A stretch of DNA of 49,136 bases from Jimgerdemannia flammicorona (Eukaryota). The DNA lies in NCBI GenBank assembly GCA_003990765.1, contig RBNJ01000032.1:1-49136 (forward strand), given 5' to 3'. Both the position numbers and the translations under genes were made by a program. Below are positions 1 through 11,100 of this stretch, piece after piece; within the stretch, counting starts at the first letter, position 1; each line of letters starts with the position of its first letter. Under the pieces are notes generated by a model, which had not been told where the DNA came from, searched no databases, and saw only the letters and a list, made by a program, of their open reading frames with translations.

Positions 1-11
1 AAAAAAAAAGA

Positions 12-659
12 AAAATCGGGGGCTCTCCAATCTATGAGGTTCTCTTCCACAAAATAAGGGACAAATGTGAGGTCTTGGGGAGGTCTGACCTGGATGCTTG
101 GGTCTTGGAATACTGAGATCAATCCTTGCAGAAATTGGTCTGGGTTGTCCTGGAGAATGGGGTGCCAGAAGTCTTCTACTTCATCACTATTGAGGGTGAT
201 AGTGGACTAGGCTTCTGTAGCCACCCTGGCTTCTAGTGCATTGATATAGTGAGATGACAGATCTCTGAAATCTGAGACTCTAATATACTCCAAGTTGGGG
301 ATTGACCATAGTGCATGTCTGAAGATCTGATGGATCTTTTTAGCTGTTCTTGTCTCACATATATCTATGGGAGTGGTATCTTATAGTTCTTGAGGGCTGG
401 CCTGTGGAAACTCCCAGCAGAGGAGGTTTTCTATTTCATACTCCTGCCACATTTGGAGGTATTCGGTAGTAATGGTGATCCTTGTTTCCATTTCATGACA
501 GTAGAGGATATAGTGATAAGGGTCACCAGTACCTAGGTTGACGCTAGGAGTCCTTCTTGAGCAGATCCTCATAGCTCTTCTGATGTCTTGGAATATCCTT
601 TCTTCTACTGAGGTGCCTTGGTGATTCCTTGATCTTGAGGTTTGGCAGGCAGCAGGTAT
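12..659 (-). pseudogene. Accessory 3' ORF of element A (uncharacterised, runs off window)
   Basis: Aligns base-for-base with 7292-7939; the ATG of the other copy (MPAA) reads ATA here; internal stops are restorable as CAA/CAG. Confidence 0.7.
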
Positions 660-1215
660 TTTGTTTGTAGTAAGTCTTTGAGCTATTTTTGGGATTGGTG
701 GGTCTTGTTGGTTGCTGCTACTGTAGTTCCTTGATCCTTCTTTTATATTCCTCAAGATACTCATACTGTGGTCACAGTGACTCACAGTTGATCATCATTG
801 CTCATCTCATATGCTGTATGATCTTCTTGTGCTCCCATCTGGTGGCTTGCAAGGAAAGGCTGTCTTCTGTGCTGATGTCATCATTCTGGGGTCACTATTA
901 CATCTTCCTTCTGAATAAGGATCTTCTTGAGCATCCTTATTCATTGGTCCAGTCCTGAAAAATTTGCTAATCCCATAACCTCTGGCAAGGGGTCGAAAAG
1001 TGGTGTTTATGGGCTGGCGTCTTCCCTTTGTATTTTGGCATGATGGTGAAGGGTCGCTCCCTTCATATAGAGCAAGGGCCTAATTCTGATCTTGACCAAT
1101 CAGTTGACGGTTCAAACACCTCTGACTTCAAAAGTCTCATGAATGAGTAGTTGCCAGTGCCATATCCCTTAGAGAATGGTCCAGACAGATAGTCTGCTAG
1201 TCATGGGACATGCTA

Positions 1216-2463
1216 TTATGATTTAGAGACTAGAACCTTGCAGGTGGTCATTATGTTTTGCTTCTCTTGTATAGGTTTGTGGTACTTCTTGAGTCTATTC
1301 CTGTGCACCATGGTAGACAGTATGGTCTCTGAGATTTTTCTAAGCCAGAAGGTAGTTCCCTTGATATCTTGCACATAGAAGGGTCCATCCCATTTGGGCT
1401 CCAGTTTTCATGACCATGAGGCTTCTACCATATTTTGATACAATAGAACCTTTTCTCTGATTCGGATGGGTTCTAGGGCCTTGTGATTCTTTTCTGCATT
1501 CTTCCTTATCAGCACTTGTGACTTGGTAATGTAATCTTCAGCCTTCTTCCTGATTTGGTGTAGTCTCCAGATTTCTGCATCAACCCATCTCCAAGTTAGG
1601 TCTAGATTTGTGGTTGAGATTTCATCAGAATCTTCTTCTCCAAAGAGCAGCTCTCTTGGGGTAAAATGTGTGCTCTGTGACCATATGTCTCATAGGACAG
1701 AGAGGACAGTTGGGAGATAGTTATCCCAATTCTCATATGTCTCTGAGATCTTTGCTAGGATGTTCTTGAGGGTCTTATTGGTTCTCTCTGTCTGTCCATT
1801 TTCATGGGGGTGGTACGTGGTGGTCTTGATATGCTGGATCTTGTATTTCTGATACATTATCTTGTAGAATCTATTGACAAATTTCATACTGTAGTCTATT
1901 GTGATTTGCTTTGGTGTCTTATAGTGACAGATGATTTCTCGGTGCAGAAAGTCAGCTATAGAGAGGGCATTGGCTTCTTGTAATGCTCCTGCCTCTATCC
2001 ATTTGGTGAAGAGGTCTACAATAACTATAATATAGTAGTTTTCTGATAGTTTTACTGGTAGTGGTCCAATGATATCTATTGCGATGTGGTGGAAGGGGAT
2101 AGGCTCAATTCTTGATGACCCGGGTGCCTGGTTTTACTGATCTTATTTCTGTTTTTGGCACTTATCACACCCTTTGACAAATTGGCACAGGTCTTCTTCC
2201 ATCTTGAGCCACTATATGGTTCTTTTTACTTTGTCGTATATATTGGTTCCTCCTAAGTATCCTTGCTCATGTACTTCCTTTATTACTTGATACTTCTTAT
2301 GTTTGGGTATTACTAGCTTTCTTCCTTTTCTGAGTATAGTGTTGTCTAGTTCAAACTGTTTCCAAGTTCAGTTGATAATAGTGATTGTCCAGGGTTCGAG
2401 GTGGTTGGGCATCTTCCACTGCCTAAGGTAGCTGATTAATCCATAGTATAGCTCCTTATTCAT
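1216..2463 (-). pseudogene. Integrase ORF of element A, own ATG, internal nonsense codons
   Basis: ATG at 2463 (MNKELYYGLISYL); HHCC remnant (HEQGY...CDKC), core (IAIDIIGPLP, YHPHENGQTERTNKTLK), GPF motif; single frame to TAA at 1216; no chromodomain seen. Confidence 0.88.
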
Positions 2464-2464
2464 G

Positions 2465-5400
2465 TTAAATAGTCTTGATGAGGGTATTTTGAGGTATCCT
2501 TGAGAGTACATCAGCATTGGTGTTGGTCTTTCCTGAGTGGTGCTTGACAGTACAGTCATACTCTTGTAGCCTGTAGATCCATCTGGTATATATTCCTTTG
2601 GGGTTCAGAGTGTGGAATAGCCAGGCAAGAGCAGAATGGTCTGTTTGAATGGTGAAGTGTTTCCAAGCTAGGTAGTAGTGAAACTTGTCTACTGCCCAAA
2701 CTACTGCTAAGCATTCAAGCTTGCATGACTCATAGTTCTGTTCCACTCCATGGATACCTCAGCTTGCATAGGAGATGACATATTCATGTCCATCTTTCTT
2801 CTGAGCTAGGACTGCTCCAAGTCCTATAGCACTTGCATCTGTCTGCAGGATGAATTCTAGGTTCCAATCTTGTCTTCTGAGGATAGGTGCTTGGGTCAAT
2901 CTGGTCTTGAGTTCATTGAAGATTTCTTAGCACTCCTTGGTCCATTCGAATTTGGTCTCCTTCTTCAGTAGCTCATAGATAGGTGCTGCAATGTTGGAGT
3001 ATTCTTTGATGAACCTTCTGTAGTAGCTGGCCAGTCCAAGGAAGGCATGGACTTCTGTGGTTGTTCTGAGTCTCAGGTAGGCTGCAACAGCCTCAATCTT
3101 CATGGAGTCTGTATGGATTCCAGTCTGGTTGATGAGGTGTCCTAGGTAGGCGATTTCTTGAGCTGCAAACTTGCATTTCTTGGGCTTGATATAAAGGCTA
3201 TGCTCCTTGAGCTTCTTGAGAGCTAGCTATATATGATTGACATGTTCCCATGCTGTGTTGCTGAAGATGATCACATCATCAACATAGACAAAGAGCCATT
3301 TTCCAATCTTGTTGCTGAAGACTCTGTTCATTATTCACTGAAAACTTGCTGGGGTATTGTACATTCCAAATGGCATTCACAGGTAGATATAGATGGCATC
3401 AGGTATGATGAAGGCTGATTTCTCACTGGTGTCTTGAGTGAGACCAATCTGATGGAAGCCTGAGAACAGATCCAAGGTGGTGTAGTATTTGGCTTCACTC
3501 CCAAGAGTGGTAAGGATTTCTTGAATATTTGGCAAGGGCTGCCTATCCTTCTTGATGATGGCATTGAGCTTCCTGTAGTTAATGCAGAGTCTTGGTGCAA
3601 ACTCTCCAGGCTTGCTTCCTTTCTTCAGGGCAAGGACAATGGGTGAGGCCCAGGGGCTGATAGCTTGCTTGATGATTCCAGCTTCTTCGATTTCCTTGAG
3701 TTCTGCTTACAGCCATTCTCTGTAGGCAGGTAGTATGGGTCTGGCTTTCTGGTAGATGGGCTTGGTATCACCAATGTCAACTTCATGATAGTACTTGGGT
3801 TCTTGATTGTGGATATCCCTGAAGTCTGTAGCAAGTACTTCTTCGTTCTGGTGCAGAATCTTGAGAAGTTGTTCCTCCAAGGGAAAGTTTTCTCCAATGG
3901 TATATATGTGCTTGTTCTGGTCCTTGTCTTTCTTGTACTCAAGTTTGGTAATCTTGGTGGCAGAATAGGCTCCTCTTCCAGTAGATCCAAAGCCTTGTTC
4001 TCCTCTCTTGATCTTGATGAGTTCAATGGCTTCAATGATCTTGGGTTTCTTGATTTCGTGGATCAGCATCTGGTCAATCCTGTCATGCTTCTGGACTTCG
4101 AAGGGGGTGGTGTGGTTGTGATTTCTGACTATGAGGAAGATCTCGCCAGTGTAATCAGGATCAATTACTCCTCCTTCAACTGAGATTTCACTTTTGGCCA
4201 GACTGCTCCTGGTCTTGATAATTCCAGCATGGTTCTCTGATAACTTGACTCCAATTCCAGTACCAAGTAGGGTGGTGGTCTGTGGTTCAAGGGTAGCATC
4301 TTGAATACTGGCAAGGTCCATTCCTATGGCTCCTTCAGTCTTGTATTTTGGGATCTTGGCTTTGGGGTAAAACTTCTTGACCTTGAGGATGATGTCTGAT
4401 TCTTATTCCTCCTCATTGTCACTGTCAGCCTGAAGTTCTGGGGGCTGGTCATCTTCTTCAGCTTTCCTTTTTACTTCAGTGGCTTCTTGCTTGTGTTTCT
4501 ATTGGTGGATTTTCCTGACTTCACTGATATAGGACCAGCAGTTATTCAGGTATTCAGAGCAGTACATTCTAGTACCATGGGGGCATCTTCCTTGAGGGGC
4601 ATAGCCATCAATGATCTTGTTGTACCACTGCTCATCTGTGAGCTTGGGTGTCTTGTTCTTGTTCTTGTTCACCGAGTGTATGAAGACCTCTGTGTCCTCT
4701 TCATCTTCTTCCTCTATGTCTGATAGGACTCCTTTGTGAACATTGATAGAGACTTATACCTTTCTTCCTCTATAGTTGATCTGTATCTTCTGGGCATTGA
4801 GGTCAATGATGGCCTTGGCCTTATGAAGCCATTGGTTGCCAATGAGGATGTCATAGTTGGTGGCACTTATAACAATCACATCTACTGGGATAGTAGCTCC
4901 TCCTATCTTGATGGGGACTTCTCGGATTTTGCCAAGGGGGGTAGCTCATGTATCATCTGCTGTGACATAGACCATCTTGGTGGACTCTTCAATGTCCCAA
5001 CCTAGGTAGTCAATTGCCTTCTTGCTCATGAGGCATCCTCCAGCACCAGTATCAATGATAGCATCAAAGATACAGTCTTCGATCTGACATGGGGTATAGG
5101 CTGATGTCTTGCACTAGTCTTCAGATTCTTCACCTGAGTTCTCAGATTCTTCCTGTACATTGTGAGCTTCTACAATCTTGTACTCTTGATTCTTGGTGGT
5201 AGTTGCAAGTCCTACTCTCAACTGCTGTCTGAAGGCAGGGACTTCAGCTAGCTGTCCAAAAGTAGCATTGACCTTCTGTTCCTTGAGGTCCTTGTAGATA
5301 TTATACTGGTGGATCTTGGTCTTACACAGCTTCTGTTCCTTCTTGCTTTCACTTTTTCCTGAGACTGGAGTAGTACCTTCAATGATTTGGCAGGCAGCTT

Positions 5401-6481
5401 CATCTAACTCCATGTCTTGATCAATCTCCTCTGGTTGAGTCTTGCTTTAAATAGTGACAGCTGAGGTCTTCTTTGGTCTTCCAACTGGCTTTCTGTTGCT
5501 CTTCTTATTATAGGGCTTGGACTGGGTTCTGGTACCTTCAGTAGCAGGGTAGAATTCAAGCTCCTTGTAGTATTCTTCATCATAAGTGTCACTAATCTCC
5601 TTGATAACTACTGCATTGGTTTGTTCTCTGGTTCTGCTAGCATTGCTTGGTTGGGCTTTGTATCTTGTTTTGGTCATGCAACTCTTTGCATAGTGGCATT
5701 CTTCTCCACATCTGAAGCATGTGATATTGCATTCTTCTGTAGCAGCTGCAAATCTCTGCACTGGTCTCCTATTGGTGCTTCAGACTTCTCTAACAACATC
5801 ACTAAGGTGTGCAGTCATCTCAGCGAACTGCTTGGCGAGTTCTTCCACTGAGTCAGCTTTGGCTATCTTGGGGGTAGGTAGGATTGGTTGTCTGTTTACA
5901 ACTGTGGTAGATATAATACTAGTTGGCTTTGATGGCTCTATCTTGATGCCAGTTATTTTCTCTATTGAGTGTTCAGCAGGGTGTCTGGCAGTCCAATATC
6001 TCTGTGCAAAGACCACTTTCTGATCAAGGGTCAGTGCAGCTGGGGTAGACTAGATTGCTAGGGGAATTTCAGGGTGAACTCCTTTGAGGAAGGTTGAATC
6101 TGCTATTTGTTCCTTGAGGCAGTCATTATAGCCAGCCAAGACAATTTGGTGGCAGATTCAGGTATAGAATAAGTTGGGATCTTTACTAAGTCCCTGGCAG
6201 ATAGTATTGAGTTGATCCTTGAGAGCTTGCTTGATCTCTTCAGTATAATATGTTGTTCTGAGAAAGGTCTTCATGTTGGTAAGTTTGGCTGCACTAGTAT
6301 TAGCAATGGTGGCTACATTGAACTTGTCTCTAGCAGGTCCTCTGAGGCTGACTAGTAGAAGGGCTAATTGAGCATCCACACCAAGGGCTCATATGTCAGC
6401 AAATTGTTCAAAGTCTTCAATGAAGGTCAGGATTGACTCTTCAGTAGTATATCCATAGAATGTGGGGGAATGCATTTCCAT
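2465..6481 (-). pseudogene. Gag-protease-dUTPase-RT-RNaseH polyprotein of element A
   Basis: Track fragments starting at 6379, 6016, 5761, 5413, 4321 and 2746 share one frame and are separated only by in-frame stops; ends NADVLSRIPQNTLIKTI*. Confidence 0.92.
3977..4385 (-). other. dUTPase domain between protease and RT (element A)
   Basis: Trimeric dUTPase motifs: AIGMDL, TRSSLA, GVIDPDYTGEI, DRIDQ, RGEQGFGSTG. Confidence 0.93.
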
Positions 6482-6580
6482 CTTATCTTGAATTCTTGCA
6501 GGAGTGACTCTTGTAGTCAGAGTAGTTGTTGTGGGGGTTGTTCATTTTTCAGCTTGAAAGTGAGGGATTCATCTTGAATC

Positions 6581-6598
6581 ACCAGCCAATGGGCACCA
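6581..6598 (-). promoter_or_regulatory. Primer binding site of element A
   Basis: TGGTGCCCATTGGCTGGT, 3 nt downstream of the LTR; near-identical site at 32056-32073; cognate tRNA not identified. Confidence 0.75.
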
Positions 6599-6601
6599 AG
6601 T

Positions 6602-7069
6602 TGTCATATAGTAGTCACTGAGTCCTTCAAATATGCCAGATTCTCTTCAAGATGTATCTCTTAGACTAACTCAAGTTTGTTATAAGCAAGTTCTTGTTGA
6701 AGTACCTTCCCAAGGTCTTATAGTCCTCAAACTTCTTATCTTTAACTATCTTGTTATCTCTTAGATTGCTTGCAAGAGATTGTATGTAAGTGAACCAGAA
6801 CTGACTTTATTTCAGAGGAAATAAGAGGAGTATTTATACAAAATATAATTCAATGGTTGCTAAGATATAGAGCTAAATATAAATTCCAATAACTAAAACT
6901 ACTAAGTTCCAGGGTCAGCACTGATGGTTGTATGGGTTCAGGATGCTGGTATAATTCAGTGTTACATTAGAATACTGGTGCTGGTATTATTCAGTATTAC
7001 ATCAAATATTGGTGCTGGTATTATTCAGTATTATATCAAATACCAATGCTGGCATTATTCAGTGTAACA
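6602..7069 (-). repeat. LTR of element A (468 bp)
   Basis: TG...CA ends on the + strand, adjacent PBS, TATAAA (6833-6838) and AATAAA (6806-6811) on the - strand; length matches the 469-bp LTR at 32077-32545. Confidence 0.8.
6944..7069. repeat. ~34-bp tandem repeat (about 3.7 units) at the U3 end of LTR A
   Basis: Unit TGCTGGTATTATTCAGTATTACATCAAATATTGG starting at 6944, 6979, 7013 and 7047. Confidence 0.85.
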
Positions 7070-7075
7070 AAGAAC

Positions 7076-7939
7076 TTAGAGCAGAAAGTTCAGGACCATA
7101 GGGGCTTCATCCTCATCATCAGATATCAGGATATCTTCAAAGGAGATGAGGTCTGCAAATGTTTTGTCAAGGTCATGTAGGTTGCATGTTTCGCATGCTT
7201 TGGGTATTTTGTGCATGTCGCATGTCTCACATACTTTGATATCACATGGGATGATATCATCACTGATGACATCATCATATTTGGCAGTGGGGAAATTGGG
7301 GGCTCTCTAATCTATGAGGTTCTCTTCCACAAAATAAGAGACAAATGTGGAGTCTTGGGGAGGTCTGACCTGGATGCTTGGGCCTTGGAATACTGAGATC
7401 AATCCTTACAGGAATTGGTCTGGGTTGTCCTGGAGGATGGGGTGCCAGAAGTCTTCTACTTCATCACTATTGAGAGTGATAGTGGACTAGACTTCTGTAG
7501 CCACCCTGGCTTCTAGTACATTGATACAGCAGGATGACAGGTCTCTGAAATCTGAGACTCTAACATACTCCAAGTTGGAGATTGACCATGGTGTATGCCT
7601 GAAGATCTGATGGATCTTTTTAGCTGTTCTTGCCTCACATATATCCATGGGAGTGGCATCTTGTAGTTCTTGAGAGCTGGTCTGTGGAAACTCCCGGCAG
7701 AGGAGGTTTCTTATTTTATACTCCTGCCACATTTGGAGGCATTCAGTAGCAATAGTGATCCTTGTTTCCATTTCATAGCAGTAGAGGATATAGTGATAAG
7801 GGTCACCAGTACTCAGGTTGATGCTAGGAGTCCTTCTTGAGTGGGTCCTCATAGCTCTTCTGATGTCTTGGAATATCCTTTCTTCCACTGAGGTACCTTG
7901 GTAGTTCCTTGACCTTGAGGTTTGGCAGGCAGCAGGCAT
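7076..7939 (-). pseudogene. Accessory 3' ORF of copy A' with Cys-rich/acidic C-terminus
   Basis: MPAACQTSRSRN...ARTAKKIHQIFRHTPWSI...; the same frame continues past stops to CETCDMHKIPKACETCNLH...DDEDEAPMVLNFLL*. Confidence 0.7.
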
Positions 7940-8106
7940 TTTGTTTGTAGTAAGTCTTTGAGCTATTTTTGGGATTGGTGGGTCTTGTTGGTTGCTGCTA
8001 CTACAGTTTCTTGATCCTTCTTTTATATTCCTCAAGATACTCATACTGTGGTCACAGTGACTCATAGTTGGTCATCATTGCTCATCTTATAATGTCACTC
8101 TCCCCT

Positions 8107-11100
8107 TCAACCAATGCCCCGTGGGCCCAGGCCTCCCTCTTCGATCTCCCCCTGCCTGAGCACTACCCAACCACCCACAACCTGAATTCTTCCACCACTC
8201 TTCTGAGAGATGCACCTCATCAGCCCCCTGTGGCACCCTCCATCCAGCCCCCAACCCTGCCACCATCCATTCAAAATGTCCAAAAGCAACTATTCCCAAC
8301 ATGCCAACTTGTCCCCAATCCCAACCTGATGCCCCTCCTCAAAGACATGAACCCAATGTCCAGCCAACCCAACTCATATAGCCAAGGCCCACCCAAGGGT
8401 CAGCCACTCGTCTCCAACTCCCCCCACCAGCCGCCGGCAGAGCTCTCCCCATCTCCCCCCTCCCTCTCCCTCCAGAGCACTCTGCCCCACCCGGCTCATA
8501 ATACCTCTCCAATAATCTTCCAAAACCTCACACTCACCAAGCCAATGTTCAGGCATTTGCAACATGCCTCCCTCCTGGCCAACATTGAAACACTCCTCAC
8601 ACTCAAATTCTCCACCATCCACCAAATGCCCAGACCTATAGTTCAACATCACATTCCTCCACAGGACACGCCACCATACCACCCAGAACTTGGGGGGCAG
8701 CCACTGCCTCACCCTTTTGCTCCAGAGCCAGAGTCCATTCCAGTCCCACTCCTCACCAATTCTGACTCTCTGCCAGGCTTCAGGCCACAGGTCTCCACCT
8801 AGGCCTCGCAGACACTCCAGACCCTCGCCAAGCTTAAAGTCCTCCACCAGGACACCACCCAGTAACAACCTGTCCCACCGCCACATCTGTGGTCCCCAAT
8901 CCTCCTCGGCTTCATCACCTCGCCACCGAAGTCCAATCTTCTTCGCACTATTTACCACCCCCCACCAAAAGCCTGTAAACCGCATTCTCCCGCTCCCCTC
9001 CATGGCCACCATCACGAGCAGATCACCTGAGTCACCATGTGGGGAGTACCGAACCTCCCATAATCGCTGCATGAGTGGCACCCACTCCCGACCACGAAGC
9101 TCGCTTGCTCTTCTCAACCACTAAGCTCTAAGGCATAGGAGCCGCTTAGGGAAGTCTACTAAGCCTAGCCCACCTCTTTCCAAGGGTAGTGTGAGCACCT
9201 CCCAACCAACCTGGCTCCACCTCCCTCCCCAGATCCATGACCTCGCCATCTTCAACAGCCCCTTGACCACCCAGGTTGGGAAATCCAAATGATAACCAAC
9301 ATACCACAGCTTGGGCATCCAATACACATTCAGCACCATTACCCTTCCAGCTAGGGACATATGCCGGCCTCCCCAGCACAGCAGAACATTTCCCCACTCT
9401 AACAATTTATGATCCCACCACACCCGGGGAAGAAGAGACCTGAATACCGAGAAATAGATCCCCAAATATCACACTGGTTCTCCAGCTGGTATCACTGTCC
9501 CAATGACCTCACCACCAACAATTCCAGCACCTAGCACTAGAGTCTCACACTTGTGCCAGTTCAGCTTAGCCCCAGAGCCCCTCTCATACCATTCCACAGA
9601 CCTCTGTAACTCCCCCACATCCACCAGGGAGCTCAGTCTAACCACCGTGTCATCAGCAAAGGCCCCCACCTTCCAATTAACCCCTAGAATGTCCAAACCC
9701 CCAATTTGATGCCGAATCTGGTCCAGTAGAGGCTCCAGAGAAAGAGCATACAATATGGGTGACAAGGGATCCCCTTGGGGCACCCCTCGTCCCAGGGGAA
9801 AGGTCACCCCCCTGTGGCCATTAACAACCAGCACCACCTGACTATCCTCCAAGAGGCTGATCAGTGATCCTCGGAACCCTGGGGGGATACCAATCCATTT
9901 CAGCACCCCCTCCAGCCATATCCTCTGCACTCTGTCATAAGCCTTCTTCTGGTCTAGAAATACCAACCTGCTGTCAACTCCTGCTGCCTGGGCACCTTCA
10001 ATCACTCCATGAACCCAAGCTATCCTATCTTGAATCAACTGACCACCAACAAACCCACGCTGCTCCACCCCAAGCACCTGCTGAGCAATTCCTTGCAGCC
10101 TCATCACCAAGATCTTGGTCACCAGTTTGCGGTCCATGTTGAGAAGTATAATAGGCCGCCAGTTCCTCCAGTCCTCATGCCTCTCCTTATCCTTATAGAG
10201 CAAGGAGACTAGCCCTAAGCACTGTCCCCCAATCCAGGCACCAGACCAAAGAACTTCACCACACAAAGCAGTCATCTCCTCTAGCACCTCACCGACTCCA
10301 GCCATTTTCTGCCAAAAATCCCAGGGAAGCCCATCCTCTCCTGGGGCAGTCCCTTTACTCATTGAGGCCATAACTCTGCAAATTTCCTCACCACACACTG
10401 GGTCCCCTAATGCCCCAAGTCCCATCGCAGGGTTTGGGTGCCAATTCCCCAGCTGCCTCTCAATGTCCAGAGCATCCATCCCTCCTTCTTCCTCACTCCA
10501 CAAATTCTCCCACCGGTTCCGCAATAGGCCCAGAATCGCCGGAGACCCCACCACCAGCTCGCTGTTCGTGTCCAGAACCCCCTCCCACTGCTGCCTCGTT
10601 CGTCGTGCTTGTAACAACCTCGATAAAAACCTAGTAGGTCTCTCCCCTTCCTCCAGCCCCTGCCACCGCAAGCGGGCCACCATTCCCTGCAGCTTCACCT
10701 CCTCCTCCTTTCGTAACACTCCTTTAAGCTCTTCGACCTCCTGTCGGATTTATACAATATGCCAATCAGTCACCTCTCCATCCTCCAGCACACCTGCCCA
10801 TCTCTCCATAAGTGCTGCCAGATGCCAGGAGGCCCACAGCACCCTCCGCCTTCGCTGAGTACACTTCCCTTTCCCTGCCTCCCTCTAATACCTCTGGGCA
10901 GTTGCCTTCAGTCTTCTCCAACAGTCTCCAATTCCCAAGCCCTGTTCCCTCCACCGACTAATATTCCCAACCACCTCTGTCTCCCAACCCTCTCACAACA
11001 CCCTATCTTCCAACAAAGAGGAATTTAGCTGCCAATGTCCAGGCCCATCCTCATTTCCCCCAAACCTCCCCCCTCCAAGCAGCCCCCAGTGATCAGACCA

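Larger units (their letters stand above)
12..7069 (-). mobile_element. Ty3/gypsy LTR retrotransposon, element A (decayed; 3' LTR outside window)
   Basis: Minus-strand order: LTR 6602-7069, PBS, Gag with CFRCGEECHYAKSC knuckle, protease DAIIDTGAG, dUTPase, RT (VYVDDV), RNase H (TDASAIGLGAVL), integrase (YHPHENGQTER, WDGPF), 3' accessory ORF. Confidence 0.95.

Noticed and set aside
1216-1300. Chromodomain at the integrase C-terminus
   Set aside because: No chromodomain-like aromatic motif follows the GPF/GPY region in either element.
6482-6545. Upstream ORF ending TAA-G-ATG before gag of A
   Set aside because: Its ATG may derive from ACG by CpG decay, and the stop-start arrangement is not reproduced in the related fragment at 31956-32020.
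6581-6598. Assigning the element A PBS to a specific tRNA (Gly, Lys, Sec)
   Set aside because: Only partial matches from memory; needs the host tRNA set.
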